From IMG/VR virus record IMGVR_UViG_3300017774_005006, positions 1 to 31,859 of that record: 31,859 nucleotides of DNA; one strand, given 5' to 3'. The DNA comes from a virus (lineage: Duplodnaviria > Caudoviricetes). Positions 6,935 through 12,886 of the stretch are shown piece by piece. The position numbers and the translations under genes were made by a program. The notes beneath the pieces were generated by a model that ran no database searches, had not been told where the DNA came from, and saw only the letters and a list, made by a program, of their open reading frames with translations. Within the stretch, counting starts at the first letter, position 1; each line of letters begins with the position of its first letter.

Positions 6935-7508
6935 TTTACCGCCGAGGCCTCGCCCCGCGTGTTGGACCCGTGCAGCGGCAGCCGGATGATGTGGTTTGAC
7001 CGTGGCCACCAAGACGCGCTATTCGGCGACCGGCGCAGCGAAACGCTGACGGTGACCGACCGCAGCCACGGGCGCCAGGACGGCACGCGCACACTGACTG
7101 TGTGCCCCGACATGCTGATGGATTTCCGGGCGCTGCCCTTCGATGACTGCACGTTTCGGCTGGTGGCGTTTGACCCGCCGCACCTGGTGCGCGCTGGCCC
7201 GCGTTCGTGGCTGGCCGCGAAGTACGGCAAGCTGGGCCAGGACTGGCGCGACGACTTGCGCGCCGGCTTCAGCGAGTGCTTCCGCGTGCTGCACCCCGAC
7301 GGCGTGCTGGTGTTCAAGTGGAACGAGACGCAGGTGAAGCTGTCCGAGGTGTTGGCACTGACGCCACATGCGCCGCTGTTCGGGAACACCAGCGGCAAGA
7401 AAGCTGGCACGCACTGGCTGGTGTTCATGAAGCCCCCAGTAAAGCGCGCAATCTGCCCGCATGAAGACGCGGTGCAGGACTGGCGCCTGCATGGGAAATG
7501 AAGCCCAA
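6846..7508 (-). mobile_element. Integron gene cassette (663 bp) carrying a reverse-oriented methyltransferase gene
   Basis: Begins at G|TTGGGC of the upstream attC and ends in its own attC, whose R'' GCCCAAC is the exact complement; the single ORF fills the unit. Confidence 0.8.
6863..7501 (+). CDS. Class I SAM-dependent methyltransferase, probably an orphan amino (N6A/N4C) DNA methyltransferase
   Basis: Motif I VLDPCSGSRMMWF, catalytic-type FDPPHL, GFSECFRVL..GVLVFKWNE; the only in-frame ATGs upstream of motif I are at 6848 and 6863, both inside attC (GGAG precedes 6863). Confidence 0.85.
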   Translation: MPHADAPSTTEAPPGHVGSNEGLGFTAEASPRVLDPCSGSRMMWFDRGHQDALFGDRRSETLTVTDRSHGRQDGTRTLTVCPDMLMDFRALPFDDCTFRLVAFDPPHLVRAGPRSWLAAKYGKLGQDWRDDLRAGFSECFRVLHPDGVLVFKWNETQVKLSEVLALTPHAPLFGNTSGKKAGTHWLVFMKPPVKRAICPHEDAVQDWRLHGK

Positions 7509-7560
7509 CGTTCGTATTGAGCCGCAGCCGTAGGCTGTCGGCTCGAATACGGGGTTAGGT
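7503..7560 (-). mobile_element. attC: Integron attC site (58 bp, canonical)
   Basis: Minus strand: ACCTAAC CCCGT ATTCGAGC CG A CAGCC TAC GGCTG CG GCTCAAT ACGAAC GTTGGGC = RYYYAAC, 5 nt, 8-nt L'', 7-nt L', 6 nt, GTTRRRY. Confidence 0.9.
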
Positions 7561-7579
7561 TGCTTGGTGGAGAAACGCG

Positions 7580-8005
7580 ATGAATGAGGACGTGCAAAAA
7601 ACCTGCCGCACTTGCAAAGGCGCGAAACCCGCTACCGCCTACCGAAGGACGCGCAGCGAGTGCCAGGCATGTGAAAACCAACGGCGGCGGGCTTGGTATG
7701 CGGCGCAACCTGTGAAGCCGCACCAGACGGCGGAAGGCGCGGCCTACTACCGCGCATGGTACGAAGCCAACGCAGAAGCCGTAAAAGCGCGGGCAGTGGC
7801 CTGGACAGCGGCAAACCCGGGAAAGCGGCGGGACGTGTGCAAAAAGAACATGGCGCGACAGCGCGACAAGCTGAGCGCCGCATATGTGAGACGCATGCTT
7901 GCAGCGAGCGTGAACCTGAAGGCCAAAGACATACCGGATGCGCTGGTTGAAGCCCAGCGCGAACTACTGAAACTGAAAAGGGCGATCAATGAAAAACGTG
8001 GATGA
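7580..8005 (+). CDS. Hypothetical Zn-binding, basic protein
   Basis: CRTC...CQAC, basic helical region, GGAG RBS. Confidence 0.75.
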   Translation: MNEDVQKTCRTCKGAKPATAYRRTRSECQACENQRRRAWYAAQPVKPHQTAEGAAYYRAWYEANAEAVKARAVAWTAANPGKRRDVCKKNMARQRDKLSAAYVRRMLAASVNLKAKDIPDALVEAQRELLKLKRAINEKRG

Positions 8006-8213
8006 ACTGCGCAGCCAACTGGCCGAAGTGTTTGCCAAGCTGCGGGCTGGCGAGATGAAGCCCGGTGAGGCGGCAGAGCTTGCCAACTTGGCAGGCAAAA
8101 TGATCGGCAGCGCCAAGGTGCAGGTGGAGTATTACGCGCTGCGCAAAGAGGCGCCGACCATTGCGTTCTTGCAGGCCGAGTGCAAGACGCCACCGCCACA
8201 GGTGACGAAATGA
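7989..8213 (+). CDS. Small hypothetical helical protein coupled to the preceding gene
   Basis: Overlapping start; ATGA coupling downstream. Confidence 0.75.
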   Translation: MKNVDELRSQLAEVFAKLRAGEMKPGEAAELANLAGKMIGSAKVQVEYYALRKEAPTIAFLQAECKTPPPQVTK

Positions 8214-8548
8214 ACATCGTGGCGTGGCGCTACCGCCCGACGATGGGCGTGGACAAATTCCAGTGGCGGTTGACTGAGGTTCCGCCCTGGAAGTGGGGCA
8301 CAGACCTTGCCATTGAGCAGCAGCCGCTGTATGCCAAGAGCCCGCAGGACGGCACAAACAGCGCGGACGTGATCGCGGGCCTTGAGATGGCCTTGTCGCA
8401 GGCCGAGGCCATGATTGAGCGCCAGCAGCACGTCATGCAGCGCGCAATGGACGCATGGGACACCACGACGCACCAGAAGAACGGCGACGGGCGTTTGTGG
8501 CAGTGCATGGAAGAACTGCGCGGCGAGTGCGGCAAGCCATGCGAATGA
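8210..8548 (+). CDS. Hypothetical protein
   Basis: MNIVAWRYR...PLYA pattern typical of phage accessory ORFs; ATGA start. Confidence 0.7.
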   Translation: MNIVAWRYRPTMGVDKFQWRLTEVPPWKWGTDLAIEQQPLYAKSPQDGTNSADVIAGLEMALSQAEAMIERQQHVMQRAMDAWDTTTHQKNGDGRLWQCMEELRGECGKPCE

Positions 8549-8556
8549 TCCACATC
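8531..8556 (+). repeat. 26-bp direct repeat, copy 2
   Basis: Identical to 6821-6846; contains the start of the intact gene at 8539. Confidence 0.92.
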
Positions 8557-8841
8557 AGCCATGCCGGCCCCGAGTACCGCATCCGCTGCGGAAAGTGGAC
8601 CCGCTTTGAGGATCACCCCTACTGCGGCCCGATTTTCTTAGACCGCAAAGGCGACCCACTCAGCCAGCAGCCAAGCTCAATCGATGCTGTGTGGAGCCAC
8701 GTCAGTGCGTGGTACGCCCAAGGCAAGCAGTTCGAATCGTTGGGCGGCGAGAAGTGGGCCAAGTACAAAACAGACCGCCACAAAACGCTGAGCGAGGTTT
8801 GCGCTGCGCGGCGTGCGGCCACCCTGGAGCCAAAGCCATGA
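8539..8841 (+). CDS. Hypothetical protein (MRMIHISHAGPEY...)
   Basis: FEDHPYCGPIFLDRKGDP; coupled to neighbours. Confidence 0.7.
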   Translation: MRMIHISHAGPEYRIRCGKWTRFEDHPYCGPIFLDRKGDPLSQQPSSIDAVWSHVSAWYAQGKQFESLGGEKWAKYKTDRHKTLSEVCAARRAATLEPKP

Positions 8842-9059
8842 GCACCGCACAGCAAACAGCGGAAATGATTCAAGCCGCCGTGATGGCCGAGCGCCAGCGC
8901 TGCTACGACATCGTTCTGGAGTCGCCCTACGTGGTGAAGGGCAAGGCCACTGGCAAGGCCGTGGCGTTTGACTGTCTGGCGCGGATTCGGAGCGGCGAGA
9001 GCCCGACCGTCTTTTGCGATGGGCGCTTGATGCCCGGCGCATCGGAGGCCCAGCCATGA
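8838..9059 (+). CDS. Hypothetical protein
   Basis: GGAG RBS, ATGA overlaps. Confidence 0.65.
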   Translation: MSTAQQTAEMIQAAVMAERQRCYDIVLESPYVVKGKATGKAVAFDCLARIRSGESPTVFCDGRLMPGASEAQP

Positions 9060-9340
9060 AGCGCACGAAGTTCGGTTTCTGGCCCGGCTTCCTCGACGGC
9101 TTGTCCGCTGGCCCGCTTTGGCGCGCGGTTGCGCAGTGGCGGCAGCGCCGCGCAATGGCCGCGCTTGTGCGCAAGTCGCAGGCATCGCTCTGGTTCTCCT
9201 ATCTGGACAAAAAGGAACAGGTGGAAGAACTGCGTGAGGCCCTGACGCGAGTAATCGCTGCCCGTGAGCGCTATGGCTGGAGCCCGGAAGTGGACGAGGC
9301 CATCAACGCCGCTGCGGCCACCCTGGAGCCAAAGCCATGA
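9056..9340 (+). CDS. Hypothetical protein
   Basis: GGAGG RBS, ATGA overlaps. Confidence 0.65.
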   Translation: MKRTKFGFWPGFLDGLSAGPLWRAVAQWRQRRAMAALVRKSQASLWFSYLDKKEQVEELREALTRVIAARERYGWSPEVDEAINAAAATLEPKP

Positions 9341-9687
9341 GTCTCCCCCTCATGACCGCCGAGCAAGTCGCCGCCCAGCTCCGGCTGGGCCTGTCTACCA
9401 TCTACGGCCTTGCCCGCACCGGCGAGCTGCCCAGCGTGCGCCTGGGCGGCGCGGTGCGCTTCCACCCTGACGACCTCGCCGCCTACGTCCAATCATGCCG
9501 GTCTATTTCGACAAAACCCGCAAGCGCTGGCGCTACGAATTTGACCGCGTTGTTGACGGACGCCGACAGCGCACTACAAAAATGCTTCCGCAGGGCTGGA
9601 GCGCAACCCAAGCGCAAGCCTACGCAGCCGAGCACGACCGCAAGACCTACGCACTTGCAACTGGCGCACAAAAGCCCGAGCCCCTGA
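9337..9687 (+). CDS. xis: Excisionase (Xis, HTH_17-like)
   Basis: LMTAEQVAAQLRLGLSTIYGLARTGELPSVRLGGAVRFHPDDLAAYV; overlaps int by 193 nt. Confidence 0.85.
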   Translation: MSLPLMTAEQVAAQLRLGLSTIYGLARTGELPSVRLGGAVRFHPDDLAAYVQSCRSISTKPASAGATNLTALLTDADSALQKCFRRAGAQPKRKPTQPSTTARPTHLQLAHKSPSP

Positions 9688-10439
9688 TTTCCGAGGCCGT
9701 GCGCCTGTACGTCACAGAGCACGCGCCCACCCTCAAGAACAGCGCCAAGCTCATCGCTGACCTGGCGCTTTGCTTTGGCTGGTACGAAGGCCGCAGGCTC
9801 ACCGAGCTGCCCGAAGTCGTGCGCGAGTACGCCGCCGACAACCCCCAGCTCAAGCCCGCCACTGTGCGCCTGCGCATGGCCTACCTGCGCGCCGCGTGCC
9901 GCTGGGCGTGGAAGCGCAAGGGCCTGGGCGACCACGACCCCGCCGAGCGCGTCACGATGCCGAAGGTGCGCAACGAGCGCCACCACTACCTCACCCGCGC
10001 CCAGGTCGTGGCCCTGGCCCGCAGCATCAAGCACCGTGACGTGCGCGCCTGCGTGCTGATTGCCTTTTACTCAGGCATGCGCCAGTCCGAAATCCTGCGC
10101 GCACAGGCCACGCCCAAAGGCTGGCTGTTGGCCGACACCAAGAACGGCGAACGCCGCCTGGTGCCCATCCACCCCCGCACCGCGCACCTGGCCCGCCGCT
10201 GGCCCTGCGGCCTCAGCCGCAACACGTTGGTGCAGAGCTTCCGCCGGCACGCCGACGCCATGGGCTGGCCGCACTTGCGATTTCACGATCTGAGGCACAG
10301 CACTGCCAGCGCCCTGCTGGCGGCAGACGTTGATCTGTACACCGTGGGCGGCATCCTGGGCCACAAAAGCACGCAAAGCACGCGCCGTTACGCCCACCTG
10401 GCCAATGCCACCTTGGCGAAGGCCATCGGGGCTTTGTAG
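9495..10439 (+). CDS. int: Tyrosine recombinase phage integrase
   Basis: YSGMRQSE (R), TKNG (K), FHDLRH (HxxR), LGH, RRYAH (Y); adjacent to attP. Confidence 0.95.
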   Translation: MPVYFDKTRKRWRYEFDRVVDGRRQRTTKMLPQGWSATQAQAYAAEHDRKTYALATGAQKPEPLISEAVRLYVTEHAPTLKNSAKLIADLALCFGWYEGRRLTELPEVVREYAADNPQLKPATVRLRMAYLRAACRWAWKRKGLGDHDPAERVTMPKVRNERHHYLTRAQVVALARSIKHRDVRACVLIAFYSGMRQSEILRAQATPKGWLLADTKNGERRLVPIHPRTAHLARRWPCGLSRNTLVQSFRRHADAMGWPHLRFHDLRHSTASALLAADVDLYTVGGILGHKSTQSTRRYAHLANATLAKAIGAL

Positions 10440-10477
10440 GGCAGAAAATCCCCACACACCCGTTTCGTGCGGGCAAG

Positions 10478-10505
10478 AAAAAAGCCGCTCAGCGGCGGCT
10501 GTTTT
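10478..10505 (-). terminator. Terminator downstream of the tRNA 3' fragment (possibly bidirectional)
   Basis: AGCCGC-N6-GCGGCT stem with A-tract on one side and GTTTT on the other. Confidence 0.7.
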
Positions 10506-10513
10506 CATAGGTG

Positions 10514-10566
10514 TGGTGCCCAGGGTCGGACTCGAACCGACACGCCTTGCGGCGAGGGATTTTGAG
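10514..10566 (-). other. attP: attP core: 3' half of tRNA-Leu(CAA)
   Basis: Minus strand CTCAAAA TCCCT CGCCGCAAGGCG T GTCGG TTCGAGT CCGAC CCTGGGC ACCA = anticodon loop, long variable arm, T arm, acceptor 3' strand, CCA; 5' half absent. Confidence 0.9.
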
Positions 10567-10674
10567 CCGGTCTGCCCGCTATAGAGAAACGCCGGCCATA
10601 GAGGGGGCGCGCAGAGCATTGCGGGCTGGAACGGCCGCAAAAGCGCCTCGGATGGCAGATTTTCCCCACACAAA

Positions 10675-10923
10675 TCAGCGCGGCCAAGCCGCCACCAAGG
10701 CCGCATGCTTGGCCCGGCACTCAGCCGCCGCCGCCTCGCGCTGGGCTACGGTGTCCAGCAGCGCACCAAGGGGCACATCGCCGGGCGGGTAGTCGGGGCC
10801 GGTCGGGCACGGGCTGGCCAAGCCGGGGGGCGGGGGGTCAATCTTGGCGGGGGCCGGTGGCAGCAGCGCGCAGGCCTGCAACAGCATCGGCAGGCACAAC
10901 AACGTCAGCAAGCGTGGGCGCAT
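10675..10923 (-). CDS. o-spanin (Rz1-like lipoprotein)
   Basis: Lipobox LLQAC, proline-rich, overlaps the i-spanin 3' end. Confidence 0.8.
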   Translation of the reverse strand: MRPRLLTLLCLPMLLQACALLPPAPAKIDPPPPGLASPCPTGPDYPPGDVPLGALLDTVAQREAAAAECRAKHAALVAAWPR

Positions 10924-11215
10924 GGCCGTCTCCGGTGGGGGTGCAGGACAAGGGCGTGCGCAGGGCCACGCTCAGGGCGCCACGGGTGCGGTGCAGTTCG
11001 CCGGCCAGGCGGGCGCGTTTGGTTTCAAAGTCCGTGGCCGCCGCGTTGGCTTGATCGCGTTGGGCCTGCGCTGCAGCCTGGGCCGCGCGCTCTGCTGCCA
11101 CGGTGGCAGCATCCCAATCGGCTTGCACCCAGGCCTTGCCCTTGGTCATGCCGTGCGCCCACACCACGGCCAGCAGGATGGCGACGCCGCAGATTTGCCA
11201 AGCGGTGCGGGTCAT
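10838..11215 (-). CDS. i-spanin (Rz-like)
   Basis: N-terminal TM helix, Ala/Gln coiled coil, follows the endolysin. Confidence 0.8.
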   Translation of the reverse strand: MTRTAWQICGVAILLAVVWAHGMTKGKAWVQADWDAATVAAERAAQAAAQAQRDQANAAATDFETKRARLAGELHRTRGALSVALRTPLSCTPTGDGHAPTLADVVVPADAVAGLRAAATGPRQD

Positions 11216-11703
11216 GCTTCGTTGCTCGAACTGGCGCCGCTGGCTTGCAGCATGGGCAGGCGCTGGCCGGTGTTGAGCATGTTGTCGGTTTCGGCCGGCC
11301 AGCGGTAGCCCAGCACCCGCGCGCGGTCAAACGGGGCGATGTTGACGCTGTTGGACTGATTGCCGCCCAGCACCATCAAGCGGCCGTCGCGAGCCTCGCC
11401 AACCACCAGGCCGACATGCCCGCCGCCAGTGCGCTCAAACACCACCACGCAGCCCAAGACGGGGCTCTCGATGGGCACGCCCCAATCCAGCCAAGCGCGT
11501 GCGCGGAACCAGCTTTTTGCGGGCTCACAGCCTGCAGCACGCATCCACGCCGCGAGCACGCTGCCGCACCAAGGCTGGCCGAGCAGCCACTTGGCGCCGA
11601 GCTTGTCCAACATGCGTCGCAGCCATGGGCTGTCGTTCTGGCCCAGCGTTTCGCGCTGGCCGATGTCCAGCCGGGCGGCGGTCAGCCAAAGCGGTTCATT
11701 CAT
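11212..11703 (-). CDS. Endolysin, NlpC/P60-CHAP-like (TIGR02594-type)
   Basis: PWCGS, GGGHVGLVVG, LGGNQSNSV; start reassigned to MNEPLWL at 11703. Confidence 0.85.
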   Translation of the reverse strand: MNEPLWLTAARLDIGQRETLGQNDSPWLRRMLDKLGAKWLLGQPWCGSVLAAWMRAAGCEPAKSWFRARAWLDWGVPIESPVLGCVVVFERTGGGHVGLVVGEARDGRLMVLGGNQSNSVNIAPFDRARVLGYRWPAETDNMLNTGQRLPMLQASGASSSNEA

Positions 11704-11947
11704 GGCGCAACCCCTTGTGACCCGGCGTCTGCCGGGAGTCCAGTGCAAGGAACAGGTACAGGGCAAGGCCGCACAGGGCAGCGCCTGACTCGGGCGGCAC
11801 AAACAGCGGCAGACTGACCACAGCAGCCACAAGGGCGGCGCCGTGCTGAACCTTGGCGCGCGCGGGTGTGTTGGCGTCCATGTGCCGGGCCTTGCAGAAG
11901 ATGGCTGCGGCCACCAGCAAAACGAAGGTGATGTGCAGGGCGATCAT
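11696..11947 (-). CDS. Small multi-TM protein (holin/antiholin candidate)
   Basis: Three hydrophobic segments, immediately upstream of the endolysin. Confidence 0.6.
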   Translation of the reverse strand: MIALHITFVLLVAAAIFCKARHMDANTPARAKVQHGAALVAAVVSLPLFVPPESGAALCGLALYLFLALDSRQTPGHKGLRHE

Positions 11948-12336
11948 TTGGAGGCCTCGCGCTTGATTGCTGACTCAATCAGCGTGCGGCCAAGGCCCAG
12001 CGCCCATTTCCCAACGCCCGGCCACCTGTGCCCAATGGCGCCGATAAGCAGCGCGATGGGGCTCAAAAACCTGCGGTCAGCGAGCGAAGGCCAGGCGATG
12101 GACAGCAGCTCCGACAGCGAGCCAGCAAAGAGCCACGCCATGCAGCCCATGCCCAGCACGTACAGGGCGCCCATGCCAATCGAGCACTTGCGCCAGCTCA
12201 TGAGCCCAATGACGCCACCTGCCAGGCCAGAAATCAGCACCACCAGATGCGGCGCCAGCGCAGCCGCAGCGGTGGCACCGATCACAATGCTCAGAGCTTG
12301 GGCGATGCCAACAACCGGATCAACCGCGCTTGCCAT
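11944..12336 (-). CDS. Multi-TM protein (holin candidate)
   Basis: 3-4 hydrophobic helices, basic C-terminus. Confidence 0.65.
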   Translation of the reverse strand: MASAVDPVVGIAQALSIVIGATAAAALAPHLVVLISGLAGGVIGLMSWRKCSIGMGALYVLGMGCMAWLFAGSLSELLSIAWPSLADRRFLSPIALLIGAIGHRWPGVGKWALGLGRTLIESAIKREASK

Positions 12337-12670
12337 GGGTCATGCTCCAAAAGGTAGCCAAAGCCGCCGCGCCACTCAGCAGCATCAATGGCGGTTGAAA
12401 GGTCGTGCTGCACTGGTGCACGGAGCGGTCCAGCAGCCACCACAGGGCGCAAAGCGCGGTCGTGCTGGACATGACAGCCACCGAGGCACAAACGGCGCTG
12501 ACGAAGCGCTGTCCGGCCGCTTTGTGCAGGCACCACAGCAGCGCGCACAGCAGCGGCCACTGCGTCACGTCGCGCACATCGCGCTGCAGCTCCAGCGGTG
12601 CGGCCTGCCACGCGAATTCATGCGCGCAGGCCAGCACCAGCGCCGCCAGAGCCAGCGGCTGCAGCGTCAC
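12320..12670 (-). CDS. Membrane protein in the lysis cluster
   Basis: About four hydrophobic segments; GTGA coupling upstream. Confidence 0.6.
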   Translation of the reverse strand: MTLQPLALAALVLACAHEFAWQAAPLELQRDVRDVTQWPLLCALLWCLHKAAGQRFVSAVCASVAVMSSTTALCALWWLLDRSVHQCSTTFQPPLMLLSGAAALATFWSMTHGKRG

Positions 12671-12819
12671 CGGGGTGTCCCGGTGCCTGGGCCGGTGTCA
12701 CCTGGGCCGGCTTTGGTAGTGGCTTCGGGCCGTTCGGCCTTGCGCTTGGAGCGCTTGTAGAACCAGAAGATCAGCGCGCCGGCAATGGCTGCGATGAAGA
12801 AAACGATGGCAGTGGTCAT
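12667..12819 (-). CDS. Small single-TM protein (50 aa, MTTAIVFFIAAIAGALIFWFYKRSKRK...)
   Basis: Manual translation; TM helix then basic patch; stop overlaps the next start. Confidence 0.6.
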   Translation of the reverse strand: MTTAIVFFIAAIAGALIFWFYKRSKRKAERPEATTKAGPGDTGPGTGTPR

Positions 12820-12886
12820 TTGGTCATCCCTGTGGGTTGCGGTTAAAAGGGGCTGCGGGCGATGCGGTCGAGATCAAAATCCACCG

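Larger units (their letters stand above)
8814..9341 (+). repeat. 29-bp direct repeat TGCGGCCACCCTGGAGCCAAAGCCATGAG at two gene junctions
   Basis: 8814-8842 and 9313-9341; each spans gene end (AATLEPKP), RBS and next ATG. Confidence 0.9.
10440..10672 (+). repeat. Arm-type-like direct repeats flanking the att core
   Basis: GGCAGAAAATCCCCACACA (10440-10458) and GGCAGATTTTCCCCACACA (10654-10672). Confidence 0.6.

Noticed and set aside
7503-7560. Simple intrinsic terminator after the methyltransferase
   Set aside because: No U-tract; bulges and ends match attC architecture instead
9495-10439. Integrase as the IntI acting on the attC sites
   Set aside because: No room for the IntI-specific insertion between the catalytic Lys and HxxR; paired with xis and a tRNA attP like an ordinary phage integrase
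10514-10566. Functional tRNA-Leu gene
   Set aside because: Only the anticodon loop to CCA is present; no D arm, 5' acceptor strand or 5' anticodon stem
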